From assembly GCA_965153285.1 (NCBI GenBank), contig OZ229119.1: a DNA stretch of 64,000 bases. The stretch is one strand, 5' to 3'. The notes below the pieces were generated by a model. The model ran no database searches. It was not told where the DNA came from and worked only from the letters and a program-made list of their open reading frames with translations. The translations under genes and the position numbers were made by a program. The DNA comes from Podarcis tiliguerta. Taxonomy: Eukaryota. Each line of letters starts with the position of its first letter. Positions within the stretch are counted from its first letter, which is position 1. Shown here piece by piece: positions 21,251 through 36,039 of the stretch.

Positions 21251-24200
21251 GCAACCATAGTGATAGAAGTTCCTGCTTTGATATTTCACACAAAATATTA
21301 ACATTATACACCTACTTTTTTCTCCACCCCACCCCCTCCTTTTCATAGTTTAAATTAGTCTTGGGTGGACTTAAGGACAGTTAGTAAGCAAAAGCTCCAA
21401 ATTCAAAGCTCTATCTAGTATTTATTTATACAGAGTTTACTGTAGTCAGAGTTAGATAAAAACAATGTGTTACATGATCCCCAGGATTGATACACCAGCA
21501 CACAACTGCTTTACATTACAAGCTATGTCAGTATTAGGTATGCTTTGTAATAAATAGCATGGCAACACCTTTCAGGTAGAATTTGTAAGCAAAACCTAAT
21601 AAAGCTACAAGTCAGTAAATTTCAAGGTTAATTTCATATTGTTGTATCTGTTCACACCAAGTTGAAAAATAGTATGAAAGTTGCATATTTCAATATTGAG
21701 GCCAAACTAAAGCTTCTTACAGAAACCCATTCGGATAACTTCATTTCAGTAATGAACGTGAGTGGACATGTGCCTTCTTTCAGTGTCAGGCCACTACCCA
21801 CCTTCCTGGATGCCCAACACTGGACATTCAGGAGAGGGCTCCAGTTCTTACTGAGACAAGGTGGTCAATGGGTGGAGAATTTTAGATAGGCAATTATTTG
21901 GATCGAAGTCTATTAAATTGAAATTCTAGTAATTATTTCTAAATTTGATCACCATATATAACTTAGTGTTTGCATATTATCCTGCTTTCAGTTATTCATA
22001 TCCTATTTTTGGTAATGTGAAAATGTTTGAAGGACGACCAAAACCAGAAAAGAAAAAAAGATCGCAACACATTACTAAAGCAATTTTACAAGCTGTAGAA
22101 GTGAGACCCAGGTTTACTGTGAAGGCTATTTAAAAAAGGGGTAAGCAGTATTCTTCCAGAAACCTTGTGGGGGGGGAGAACCCTAAGTGAATGCTTCTTA
22201 AGTACAGCAACACTCCAAAAAATACCACATGGTGATATATCCTGCTGCAATCAATGGGACACTCTACTGTGTCTTTATTCAAAATTGGGTAACTTTGCTG
22301 CCTACTCTGTTTGGGCTAATGTGGCCTATACTGGTCACAAAACCAGGGGGAATTAGTAAACACACACAAAAAGGGGGGAAATACAACAATTCCTCTTTAG
22401 ATAACAAGAAATCAGGTTCTTAATAACCGCTCCATATTAAATCATACAAAAATAGGACTGTATTGATGGGTATTTTTTATCTAAATGTGTATGCGATACT
22501 CTTTTTCCAGAAATCCAATACCAATCATTTTTTGCTTCTGAGGCACTGTGGAGTAATTAAACTACTGAAGAGCCTTTTTTACAACAGGGATTCCAAAGCA
22601 GCAACTCACAGCTGGTCACAGGATGGGTTTAGGGAGGGGGAGCATCCAGATTTTGCTGGACTTTAACTTTCATCAGACATGATTTGCAGCCAAACAACAC
22701 CTGGAGGTCACAATGTTTGTTACCTTTAGTTTATGGTCAGGAGAAAAACATTTAAATGTTTGTAAAGAATATTAAAAGCAGAAGCTTTTAACAATTTTTT
22801 AAATGAGATACCTGTTTTTGTTTGGCTTCAGTTAAATTTCTTTATGTTGGGTTGAAAAAACAGAGACCAACAAATAATGACGTAGAGAACTTCTTGTTCC
22901 TTTGCATTTTTGCACACCCACCAAGAGCCCCTGTTTGCATGAGTAAACTGTTACAAATCAAAGGTAAGTGGCATTTGTCCTCTGCAGACTCTTTACAGAC
23001 AGGTTTGCAGTAGGAGAAAATGGCCTGTCTCCAGACATGGTTTGAATCCAAACACTGCCTGTAAATGGAATAAATGGGGTTCACAGTGCCAATAAGCTAA
23101 CCAACGCTGATAGCGAGCCCATTTTATGCTGTCACCTGATGGCTTAATGACAAGTGATTGACAGGTGGGCGCCTCAATAACTGAGTAGCAGTTGGGCCAG
23201 CCTAAGGGTAGTTAACACTGTGCCTTCAGACGCTTGGACTACAGCTATCACCAGTCCTAGCCAGTATGGTAAATGGTCAGGGATTATGGGGCACCAGCCA
23301 GTTATATCAGCTGGCCAGGGGACAGGGGCTGACTACTTACAAACAGGAAATGACATAGCTGAGCAATATTTCTTTAGCTTGATTGGGTAGACTATATTTC
23401 AGTATACTAGATCAAGTTAAAAATTGACAAAGGAGTAAAAGTTACAGTAATAAATAAGGGCTCCCAATTCTCCACCTGTCAGTTTGTGTAACAGAGAGTA
23501 GCTTCTCTTGAATCAATTCAAGGAATACATTGCATATTCTATAGATAAGTAGTCCAAACCTGCCCTTCTAATTCATATTCAGAGGTGATATCAAGTATGA
23601 AATGCAATGGACATCTACAAAACATTTTAAGATCAAGCAAACGTGCAAGTATTAGACAAAGCTCAAACACAGTACTCCTGTTAATTTATTTTGCTTCAAA
23701 TGCTTTAGTTGACATGCTATATAAGCTTTAGGGATGAGCTACTGTACTTGAAGTGATGAAGAGATGGCTTTTTGAAAACTCTCAAAAAGGTATAGTATCT
23801 CAGTGAAAGCACAGCATGAAACTCAGTAAGGACTTGCTGATCTTGGATCAAGGACCTTGCAGGTTACTTAAATATGCTACGAGAGAAAAGAAAGCAAGTT
23901 CATAGCAGATGTAAGATCAATTGTGGCCAGCGATTAGATGGTGTGGGACTTTTTTATTCGGAGCAGCAGCTCTAGGGTGTTTGACCTTTTCCTTGCTTGT
24001 CATTTCTGCTCCAAACTGATTGCCCAGTTGCTTCCTTCCTACAGAATTCCACTTCTACGCTTGCATAGAAGTAAAATGCTTATGTGGCACCTCAGGATGG
24101 GACACCGAAGAGGCTTTTTGGAACAGAAAAAGCCTGGAGGTAACAAACCAAACGTGCCTCATTCTGTGGTCAAAATTACAGCTTCCCATTACATTTTTTA

Positions 24201-25347
24201 TTCAGAAAAAGCGTTATCAGGGCATCATTATAGACACTTGAATGTAAAAAGGAAAAGGAAAAGAAGGGGGGGGGGAGAGAAAAAGTATTGCAGGTGCTTC
24301 TTGGGAACAACACTTGTACAGATGTCTTCCTAAAAAGTGAGAAACTTTCTTTATTGAAGCTCTATTCAAATGCATACCTGCTTTTTCCTTTTTTAAAAGT
24401 AATTCTCACATTTTGGATTTATCTAAAGGACATATCATTTGAAACTTGTTTCCTTCTTCCAACCTAAAAGCAGTATATTCTACCCAGCATCCATCAGTCC
24501 AATCTTGCAGATGATCTGAAGGTAGTGTCATTAATACTTTTCTGAAGTAGCCCACAAAATGCTAGTGATGGAGATCACTGCCCACTCAGCTGTGAGGATT
24601 GTTACTACTTGTACTACCTACCTACCAAAAACTTGTGGCTCTCCATTGTGTGGAAAGCAGTGGACTTGGGGCCTATTACACTGGCACAACATTCACTTTT
24701 ATACCTGAAGCCTGAAATAGTACATGGGTTGTGAATTTTCAGCAGTATGGTCAATCGGTTTCAATCTTCCATCTCCACTCTTACAAAATGCATACCAAGA
24801 AAATTTTATCATTTTATTACAATGTTTTTTTTCATGAGTCAGTGTAACCTGAGATAAATCAGAAGTTTATCAAGAGGGGCAGAATGTGCAATATGGAGAG
24901 CACACATATGCTCTGCAAATTTCAAAGGAAGCAAACTCTGTATATGTCTCAAAAATGAAATACCTGTATAGACTGCTCAAACATACAACACCCACAAAAC
25001 AGATATGTGGTTCAGCAACCACATTCTGATCTTCAATACTAAAAGTGCAATTGTTTCCATGCCCAACTGAGTTCAGTTATACTTATTCTCAAGCAGTGTG
25101 TGTGTGTAACTGCAGCCTTAATTACTTAAGTTTTCTGAAGTAGCAGTCACTATTACTCTCTCAAGCAGATTGTTATGTCCTGATTTTAGACTACCTTCCA
25201 ACATCACTATTTCTAACCTGTAGGTCGTACTTCTGTACTTAATATTGCAGAACAAAGACCATTTAACATAACGCAAATAATTTTATCTATTAAAGAGGTA
25301 CGAACAAACAAAGAGGAAATAATATATGTAACTGCTGAACACTCTAC

Positions 25348-25450
25348 CTCTCTATATATCCTGTAGGTGTTCCAACCAGACCGTCAAGTCTTTCCTGAAG
25401 GGCTGCAAGAATTTGAGGATTCTGCATCATTTGTACAGTCAGCTGGCGTG
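25348..25450 (-). CDS. NAP1L1: NAP1L1 exon 4 (ARQLTVQMMQNPQILAALQERLDGLVGTPTGYIES)
   Basis: 103 nt, AAG acceptor, GTAGAG donor. Near identical to vertebrate NAP1L1. Confidence 0.96.
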
Positions 25451-26047
25451 CTTAACAAAACAAAAGAAGTTTTAAAAAACACTATTATACTCCCCCATTA
25501 TGAAATTTTAGCCCAGTGCTTGCAATTCAGATTTTACCAAATGATATAACATAAAATGTCAAGATTTTGCATTACTTATTGCCTAGAAGTCAAGCGTCAA
25601 AAGAAACCTGCCTCAACAGATCTACTGTTATAGCAGAAGGATGACTATTTTTAAATATCTACCTCCCATGTTAAGTAACCAAAAGAGGTAACACATATAA
25701 TTAGGATACATAAGGTCTAACACGCACCTCAAGAGTCACAAAATTTAATGCTAAATATCTATGTTTATAAAGACAGCAATCCTATACACATTACTTGGGC
25801 AGCAATACTTGCCTCCAAGTAAGCATGCACAGGAAAAGCTAGATTATGAGATGGGAAACAAAAATCACACTAGTTTGCCTAAAGCATTTAAGGTAAGCAT
25901 TGCACTAAACAATCAATTTGTTTTTCCTCTGAATGGCAAGATCTGCTGAAGGTGAATATTTAACCAGCAGGTATCTGAGCCAAGAAAAGCACTTCTTCCA
26001 TTATGCCTACAGAAGAAAACCTTTGCCTGGGCTCATTTTCCCCTTAC

Positions 26048-26136
26048 CTTTACTGTTAGCATCCTCTCCAGTTTCTTCCTCTTCTACCTCTTCAACATCT
26101 TCCATATCTTGCTGGTCCAGCTCAGCCTGTTCTTTG
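26048..26136 (-). CDS. NAP1L1: NAP1L1 exon 3 (KEQAELDQQDMEDVEEVEEEETGEDANSK)
   Basis: 89 nt, AG/GT flanked, phases fit. Acidic N-terminus of NAP1L1. Confidence 0.95.
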
Positions 26137-27818
26137 CTATTAAATTCCAAGTCAAAACAGGAATTTGAATCTCTTTAACCCAAAAAAATGTAGTATGAAA
26201 GTACATCTAGCAAGTTACCAATTCAGATTTAATCTAGCATATTAAAGTTCAGAAAATGCCCAGAAGCTAGTGTCTTTCAAATCATTTCTCTAATGTACAT
26301 CCCATATGTTATCTATAAGTTGGCAGGGACTTGAGCTTTTAAGGCTCTCACTGCAAAAGCACATGCAACATGCAAAAAGCCAGTATAATCAGAGACAAAC
26401 ACTGTTCTATTAAGGTGTATATTCATGATCCATAAGAGGCACTGTGCATGACAGATATAGCCTATGATTTCCCTCGTTTGATTTAAAAAAAAGCAATTAT
26501 CACTAGAGGAAGAGGAGAGATGTACACTTACTCCAGCTATACAGAGAACCTTTGGATAGTTTGCAATTGCACGTATGTTATTGGAAGGTGTTAGGTGCAG
26601 TGTAAAGCAGATAAAATATGTGACCTTTTGCAAAAAGAAAAATCTAGTGAAAAGTATTTTAAGATATTATTTACACCAGAGATCCATCACAAGTAGAAGG
26701 AAGGATATAACTTGTCAAACACTTTGGCATCAGGAGATTGAGCATAACTATACTCTGTAATGGTTACAGCCTGATAATAAGCCACACTAATACTCCTGGA
26801 CTGAGAGCCACAGCACTGCTTAACTGGTGGGCAACAGAACAAAGATTTGATAAGACCCTCCAAGAGTGATAAATGATTATTAGAATCAGACTTCTACAAG
26901 CTGACTGTTTGATTTTTTAACTTTATTGAGGGAGGGGATGAAGCAAAATTTGTATTCACAACTTGCAACCCATGTTCTACATAGACATACTGAAAATTAA
27001 TTGATGTTCTACCTTCCTTGCATAAATGTTTCTACTTGCATCTTTCCCCAACTGTGCACTACCTTGCCTTTAGCATCAGAAGCAAATGTAACTGACATTT
27101 TCAGGAGGAGGTAAGACAACACTGTCTTTCTGATTTAACATTATTATCCTAACTGAAGAGAAAACACCCTGTCCTCACTGTGACAGGACTGAAGGCATGC
27201 AATGTTCTCTAGTTTGCACCTGATATGAATGTCTATTGGGTAAACCGCAAGCCTGCTTGCAAATAGCTACATAAGAAATGACCAGCACACACCTCTTTCT
27301 GAGTCCATGTATGTGGTTTATAATTATTGCCAACCTTTTAAGGGACCAGGATCCATATGTACAATTAAATTGCTATTATTCAGTCGAACCTGCTGGGTAT
27401 GTCCCTAAGTCCCAAGCAAAGGTTACTACAAATACAGTATACACTTTGCATAAATGTGCAATAACATTTAATATGTTTTGATATGGGAAAAGCACCCAGA
27501 GAGCCCTTACATGCAGGCTTGATACACACAAAAAATTGAGTAGGAAGAACGCGTTGCATCATGTGCATGGTCAAAATAAGCGGTATTTGCTCCTCCAACA
27601 TAAACACTGCTGGGCCTTGGCTAAGTATCTGAACTACGGTAAGTCTAGGATTAAAAAGTATTGCCTATAAATTTACAAATTTATATTAACAACTGGAAGA
27701 CCTAGAACATTGTTTGCTACTAACTATATATGCCCTTGTAAGAAAGAACACATCTGCAGATTTCACACAATAGATAGAAAGATAGAACGGCGCATTAGCC
27801 AAAATTTAGCATGCTTAC

Positions 27819-27835
27819 TTGTCAATGTCTGCCAT
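27819..27835 (-). CDS. NAP1L1: NAP1L1 exon 2 coding part (MADID-N); whole exon 27819-27857
   Basis: ATGGCAGACATTGACAA|GTAAGC. Acceptor TTTTCTAG at 27858. Confidence 0.93.
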
Positions 27836-30800
27836 TTTCCTAGACCTCAGAAAACCCCTAGAAAAGAACAGAAAACATTTTACATTAAGTTGCAGCTTAA
27901 ACAATAAAATAATAAAACAGGATAGGACCCTTTTATAACGCCTTTGGGAAACAGATATTCAGTCTGACGTTTTGTCATACTGTCAGTCATTTCATATTCT
28001 AACATTACAACTAATGTCGGAGACTGCTTGAAAAAACTAATAATTGTACGACATTAGTACTAAAGTCCAATGTGTCTAAAGTTTGTATTCCCACCCCAAA
28101 ATCATATACAAAAGGTTTTAGCATTGCTAGGTTTGTGCACATTCTGAATTACAGGACTATTTGTCAGTCAAGAGACAGTACTATTTAAGGCAAATTCTTC
28201 CACTGCAGCCATCAGTTGGGAGACCACTTAAAAGGCTTCTGCATGGAAGACTTAACATAGTGGTCTCACCAGGGCTGATCACTCAACCAGCCACCATTTA
28301 TTTTAAGGTCTCCAATTTCCAGCCGTTTTTGGCTATGTGAGGCATGTCCTATTTCAATTCCTTCTCTGACGTCCATTTCCTTCTTTTCACGAACCCCTCT
28401 CATACATATCACCTATTTGGTCACATCCTTTCATACTCATATGAAATAATCCTGTACCTAGTGTCACAGGCCTAAGATTCAGCAGATGAAGATACAATAT
28501 TTGAAGGCTTCTGCATGATACAAAACCTTTTATATGGCAGTATTTCATGTTATCTGGAAGCACAACTTTAAATACTATGTGTAAATACTATTTTGATGTC
28601 ATAATCTTAGGGTGTTTCTTCTCACATCTCATGATATATACACTTTGGGAATAAATTGCAGCATTGTGCATTATCAGCATGAGAAAAATTATGGTGACTC
28701 TAAGAATTTCAGGTGTGAACTGCATGGCTATAACTGCAGGATCCCTGTGACTGTAAGAGAAATGTATTGTTAAGAAAGTGGCTGTCAGCAATTCCCATCT
28801 ACAACTTGATAAAATGCTTTCTTACAGCAGAAGTGTGGAAACGTTCTGGGTCCGTGGACCAAAATAAGTGGTGTCAAAAATTATGTCAGGTGATTTGATG
28901 TTTGGTGCTTTGAGGTCCTGAAGTTGGACTTCAAAGCACCTTGCAGACAAGCAACACACTGATAAAAGGAAAAGTTCCAATCTCCCAGCACATTGCTGAC
29001 TTCAGGACTCCAATCCCCAGCATAACCTTTTTTGCCTTAATGAATGATGGCACAGACCATTCATAACGTAGGGATATTCTTCACAACTGTAAGCAGGGCA
29101 ATGGGGTGGAGTAAGCTACAACATTTAACTAACATTGTTCACTGCTCCTGCTCAAGCTGCACAGAAAAAGCATTTTGGTTCCTGAAATTTATTCCAATTG
29201 TGTGGATAAATTAGAATTGATAGAATTCTACTGGATGTGGCAGAAGTGTGTTAAAACAGTCCAGATCCAATGAACTCTAGGCATGGACTTTCAGATGGTC
29301 AAGATGTCAGTCAGTCATCTTCATGTGGTTGCAAGTGGCTGATGGCCATTTGCAAAACGAGTTTGTTGAATTTCGAACACTGCTCTTCACTCTAAGTAGG
29401 TGCTCTGCAAGCCAAGCTATCAGATGCATCTTAAATTGGAGAAGCAAAGGCCATGGAAGAACTTCAACCGAGCCTCCTTGAGCACAGGAGTAACTGTTCT
29501 TATGGTTGGAGTTCAAATATAGAAGCAACAGTGGCATGGCATAGGATTTATCAAGAGTGCCTGAGTCTTGACTACATGATCAATGACTGCATCCCAGAGA
29601 TGAGTTGCAACCAGCAACTTCCATTTTCTTTTAAAAATATGTAAGGATAAGAAGAGTGAATAAGAGATGGGAAAGAGTAGATTCATGAAGTATGTACAAC
29701 CGAGCCTTGCAAGCTGGGGGTTAAAAGAATGTGGAAATTATTGAAAGTTCTCATTTATTCTTGACAAACTTATGTATCCGCAAGTATGTGACCTTACCCC
29801 ATTTTCAACAGTGGTATTCAATAAATGATTCTGCCCCTAATCAAAAACCCTAATATCCATAAATCTTCCAGAACTACAGTTTCTCCATCATTCATTCCTT
29901 CTGCACTGCAGAGCAAGTCATTTAATCTCTCATTGGAATTCTCTATCAGAATTTTCTATCAAGTATTTTCACCCCAGCACTAGGACAGAAGCAGCAGTGA
30001 TATTCAAGAGACCTTCAACTGAGATTCCAGAACCGTTTTCTGCCTTGCCAGAGTTGCTGGCACAAAGTAGCAAGACATGCTAACAATGCCAGGGCTCACT
30101 CTGAAGCCTTGCTTGGTAGTGTCATCAGGCTTTACTAATGATGATCAGAACAGCTGCTTATAAAGGCCAAACCCTAAGTTCAAACTCTCATTTCTTAAGC
30201 ACAGTTAAATACACTTAAGTTAAACTTGGAGGACAGCTAAAATATTGATATGAGGAATTAAGTTACAAAAGAACTTCTATATTAATGGAATAAGTGGAAA
30301 TAGATGTAATACAATAGAAGCAGGTTCTCAGCCAAATGAACAGCCCGTTTCATCCTGAAATGTCAGAATATGAGCACTTGCTAACAAAAAGTTGGGTTAG
30401 GCATGAGCCCTGTCACTTCCTGCATATTTCATGCATGCAGGATGTCCTTTTAAAAAAGGGGGGGGGAGACCATGACATATACATAAGCTTTTTAAAGTGC
30501 AAAACCATGGCCAGATTTTTCTTGGGGGTAAAATTATGTGTGTTAGCCAATCTGCACAATGCTCAAGTCTGCAAAGACTTGGGATAAAGGAAGACATAAC
30601 ATTGATTTCCCACTCCCCTCCCTTGAAATTCTCCTCACAGCCTTCAACTGGACTGTACGTTTCCTCTTTGAACTCTTGGGTGGATGGGGAGTAAGTTTCA
30701 AGTTTGTGACAGTAGCTGTCTGTCTTAGTGAAAACATTGTAGTTGGAAGGCCTTCTATAAAACTATTCCTGGTACAAGTTTATTCTTTAGAAAGCAATCT

Positions 30801-31947
30801 GCCGAAGTAAATGTATTTCAAACAAAAGTCAAACAATAACATTCATACTTTGTCATTGCTCTGTTAGTTTCAACTTGCTAGAAAAGGATAATTAACATAA
30901 GCATGGTACCTTCTCTTTAGCTTTGAAGCAAATCTTATCTGAGATGTTCTTGGGCAGAGAGGAAGAAAAAGTATTGTTATATATACCTTATGGTTTGAAG
31001 TCTAAAGGCAGCTTAAGAAATGAAAATGAAGCTGAATGCAAGACAGCATATTTGGCTAAACACAAAGGATCGCCAGATCCAAAGTTGCTTCAAATGCTAA
31101 TTCTATCTACTCTTTTCATATGATTTTCTCTTTTTAAAGTAAACACGTACATATTTGACAGGGCAATTTGCTAAGATGGTATGTCAACCAAAATATACTA
31201 AAGAACACATCTAAACATTAAATGGTATAGAAATATTAGTTTCTGAAACCATGGGGGTGGGGGGATAAAATGTATTTCCTAAAAGAGACTTTAAAATATT
31301 TGGAATATTTTTCCCCAAATATTTTATGTACATGTTAAGATGGTCTCCCTCTACAGTCCCCTACTATCCTCCCATCAGCTCTTGAGGGTCACCCAACATC
31401 CAGAGCAGGTTTTGGGGGCACATTGGGTCTGCAGGGGACCAAAAGGAAGGGTAAGTCCCACCTGAATGAGCAGAAGTCAATTTACAAGCATGCTGATGCT
31501 ACTAGATTCATATCTAGTTTATGTATAAAATAATACAGTACTTGGAAATACTTATGAAAAAAATACTGAAAATTACTACAACATGCCAGAGATAAGATTT
31601 GTATGCTGCTGTACCCTAGCATGAACAAGACTAATATTCCCAGTTAGTAAATAGAAAATAAATCAATAAAGTGAAAATGAAAACCATCAGTACTGTGAGC
31701 AACTAAAATATGTATTATCGAGAAATAGAAATAGTATGCAGACCTCAAGATAAAACACCCTGAAAATTAATATTTCTATAATGTAACAAACAGGTCCTAT
31801 TAAGAAAAAAAATTAGTAATGATCCAAACTTTATTACTGCCATTACACCCTTTAAGATGACAGTATCTCACACAAAAAATTATTTCAGTGGATGCCCCAT
31901 AGAATACACAGCTCATATACTACACTACCTAAAATCCAAAACTTGTA

Positions 31948-32152
31948 CAGTGGTACCTCGCGTTACGAACTTTATTTGTTCCGGAAGTCCATTCTTAACC
32001 CAAGGCGCACATTCCCTACATAGGTCCCGGAAGCAGATTACGTTCGTATCCAGGGGCAAAGTTCGCAACCCGGAACACCTACTTCCAAGTTTGCGGAGTT
32101 CGTAACCCGAAGCATTCGTAAGCAGGACGGTTCGTAACCCAAGGTACCACTG
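31948..32152. mobile_element. Tc1/mariner-type MITE
   Basis: TIR CAGTGGTACCTCGCGTTACGAAC / GTTCGTAACCCAAGGTACCACTG and TA TSD. Confidence 0.88.
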
Positions 32153-33045
32153 TATTTCAATTCACTTGCACCAGGAAATCAAAATGACCATAACTTTGTT
32201 TTTTCACCTAGGTGCATGAAATCTGGAGATAGAATAGCTGCTCAAAAGGAGATTAACTCTGCCAAATTTAAGACTAGTAGCTCTAGGGGTTTTGTGTTAG
32301 CCATCTTTGAAGTTTGCTTTTTTGAAAAAGAAAAAAAAATGCTGATGTATGCGCTATTATACTATATGTGTGCTCCTTGTGCACATAATGTATGCGCTAT
32401 TATACAAGACATACCGACACAAAAGCACAAATAAAGAGACACAGAAAACAGAACACCGATGTAAATAAAATGCAAACCTAACTTTAAAAAACTAGGGTCC
32501 AAATGGGAGGGGTGTGTGACACAGCTTAAGTAGCTAAAACAAAGACAAATACGCTTATGTTATTGTGTAGGTATGGGACTAGGATTGATCAAGAAAGAAT
32601 GGAAAATGAATATGCCTAAGGACAGGTAGAGTACTGTGCAGGAAAAAGAACATAAATGCCACCAAACTACTTCTAAGAGTCAGAACGCCTAAGAGACAAT
32701 GCTGGATGAGATTCTGACCCTTAATGAACAATGTCCTGCTCCTCTCCCACTCCTACCTCACCTGGATGTTCTCCTTATATGATGTTGCAATAATTGCACA
32801 ACTTTGGAGACAGTCTATCTGGAGTTTTAAGAGACTGTTTTGAGCTCCAGATCAGCACATATCACTACAAATCAATTTAGGTCTACCTGACATGTACTAT
32901 AGCTGCCTTGACCCTATCCAGATTCAGCACAAATCAGTCTGATTCAGTGTGGGATTCAAACAAGTCTGTTGTTCAATCCTCGCTAGGAATGTTACAAATT
33001 GCAGTCCATATATCTGACAACTACTGTTTGCTACCCCTGTTAAGA

Positions 33046-33255
33046 ACCTCGGGTTACAGACGCTTCAGGTAGCGGGTTTTTTTTTGGGGGGGGGAGTACG
33101 CATGTGCCGAAACCTGGAAGTACCGGAACGGGTTACTTCCGGGTTTTGGCGGTCGCACATGCACAGAAGCGCAACCCATGCGTGCGCAGATGCAGCACTG
33201 CGGGTTGCGAACATGCCTCCCGCATGGATCACGTTCGCAACCCAAGCGTCCACTG
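33046..33255. mobile_element. Tc1/mariner-type MITE with left end lost
   Basis: ACCTCGGGTTACAGACGCTTCAGG is shared with the other MITEs. Right end GCAACCCAAGCGTCCACTG followed by TA. Confidence 0.7.
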
Positions 33256-34107
33256 TATTTCCTAGGGCTTCCAAACTGAACAAGGGACTGCTGCCAATCA
33301 TTTAGAAGTAACAAAGTATATTCAGGAACAATACACTAGAACCCTCTCAGATCCATTCAATCAACATGCACTAGGTTAAATGTTCCAACAGACATTTCAA
33401 TGTAAAGGGGGGATAGCCTCTAGAAGTGGATAAAGGCAAAGGACAACTTGAGGAGAGGTATGCAACTAATTCCTCCACCTCCAACTTTCACACATTATAT
33501 TCCCTTCCTGGTATTCAAGGGAACTGAAAGACAAAGGCATCTAAGTGCCCCGTCCTTACTTGTTTTCTGAGATTTTCCCCAAACATTTTGGTCACAGCTC
33601 GCACCATCCTTACAACATAAAAATAGAATTCCTGCCAATATAATCAATAGAGAAGGATTTAGTTGTAAGGGAAATAATTTTATACTTAATTGAACTATGA
33701 AAACAAAATCGTATCAGGGGACCTTACTGGTGAATAGAACAAGCTGTGACATTGTACTGTGCTACCAGTATGTTAAAAAGACTAGCAGAAATACATACAC
33801 TAGTCATCGAAGTGTAAAAAGTGCTGCTTTCAATATGGTAAAAAGAGACCTGGAGTTACTTTGTCAACAAAAAAGAACTGCTAAAGAACAAATAAAAGAG
33901 TTCAGACATAGAAGAGGCATATGAACTAAAGGCAGAAAGAACAGCATCATAGCAGGCGTGGCTGTATTTTGGTCTCAATGTTTGGCCAGTTCTCTCTGTC
34001 AACATTATGCATAGTTTGCTGCTAGTCTACCTAGTGTCACCTTCTTTCAACAATTTTTACCAATATTAAGCAGTTTTATAGTAGATAGGGATGCACTAAA
34101 GCTACTG

Positions 34108-34351
34108 CGGTGTAGTGGTTAAGAGCGGTAGACTTATAATCTGGTGAACCGGGTTCCTGTCAACACTTCTCCACATGCAGCTGCTGGGTGACCTTGGGCT
34201 AGTCACACTTCTCTGAAGTCTCTCAGCCCCACTCACCTCACAGAGTGTTTGTTGTGGGGGAGGAAGGGAAAGGAGAATGTTAGCTGCTTTGAGGCTCCTT
34301 TGGGTAGTGATAAAGCGGGATATCAAATCCAAACTCTTCTTCTTCTTTTCT
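34108..34351 (+). mobile_element. tRNA-derived SINE with CORE/L2-like body and (CTT)n tail
   Basis: A box GGTGTAGTGGTTAAGAGC, body GGGTGACCTTGGGCTAGTCAC, possible TSD CTACTG. An inverted 3' fragment is at 43815-43945. Confidence 0.8.
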
Positions 34352-36039
34352 CTACTGGGCTGGATACGATTATTACATCCCTGTACTATAATTCCAAAAT
34401 GCAGTCTAACTTCCACGCATTGACCCTGATACACAAGTTTCATTAAGTATCACTTCTGTTGATGCTATGAGTTTGGTGAAGTCACTGTACTAAGGTAAAC
34501 TAGGATTTTCATTCATTTAAAGGTACATGCATGGTGCCATTTGCAACCTTCCGAGACAACATAAGATAGAAACCTCAAAGCAGACCACAAGCACATGCAG
34601 GGACCCCCCCCCCCCATGCACAAATGCCCGGCATCCTCATGGCACACATGCATGGGAACACAGAAAATGGAGGTCTGTGCAGAACTCAAATACTCCTGTT
34701 CAGCTCCCCTCATCCATAGGTTAAGGAATGCAAACAGCTGAACAAGATAAAAACCATACAGGGCCTTTGCACCTAGACACACAGCATCTGTGAATGCACT
34801 GTCACAGAGTAAGGGGAACAGGGATCTTCCACGCCATATTGTGATACCTCTTATTTATGGGCAGAGCACCTACATAGGACTATCAATCTCAAATGAATTT
34901 CAACTCGCATAGCATTGTTGAAATACACATTTCACCATCTTGAGGGGCCTACGAAATACCCAATGTAACCACCATCACTTTAAACATAGCCCCTTTACCT
35001 AGTCCTGAAGAGCAACTCTCCTCCATCTTAAGTGTGAATGTTTATTATTTACTTTATTAAATCATACTTTATTAAATCCTGAAGCACAGGAACACCTGAA
35101 GGGTCACTTTTGCAATTCTTATTTGAACTACACAGTGGTAAGTAATATCAATTGTATACCCCTTTCATTTTCGAGCCTTATGAGATATGCAAGCCAAGCA
35201 TGGTTAATCCTAAGAACACCCATGTGGAATTAAGCCACAATGCATTCACTAACAGCACAATCCTATATATGTATACTCAGAAGTAAGTCCCACCAAGTTC
35301 ACCAGGGCTTGCTCCTAATTAACTGCTAAAATAATTCCAGCTTTAGACCTCTATTAAAACACACACAATGGGAATCTGTTAAACTGAGACTTTGTTATTC
35401 TGAATGTTTTATCACTGCCTGCTATGAATATCTGAATAACATGGGGAACAAAGTACTTTACAATTCTGCAAATCCACCCTCAGAAGAGTAACTGAAGCAG
35501 AGACTGGTGACTTGCTTGAGGTTACCAACAAATCTATAGAATGTTTTTACACTGCCTATACTGCTGTAGTAAATATACTAAGGCCACAAAAATTGACATT
35601 AGCGTCCATACACAAAATTTAATATTAGGTCACACACACAACATGGAGCCTAGAAGGGTCACTTTTAATCTTTAAAATTCCTGTTTGTGAAAAACTCAAC
35701 ATCCATTGTTCAATGAGATCTTCAAGGTAAATATGAACCTTGAAACCCACTGTTTGAAATCCAAGCCAATTTTAAAGCCTGATTTGTTTGGTATTTACAA
35801 TTTAAGAAAAGCCAACAACTCCAGCCGAGTGTCAGGCCTTCTCAGCACTTATCTGACCATCTACAGGCTGTTGCTGGATGTTAAACAAAGACTACAGAAA
35901 ACAGCCATGTCTTGAAGGTCTTCGTTCCACAACAAGCTTTTCCACTTAGCCAGCCTATCATTACAGAGACAAATCCGTCTTTTGCTGCCTTTTCAGACCC
36001 ACTTTTACCCTAACCCACAACACGGACCCTTCTTTTAAT

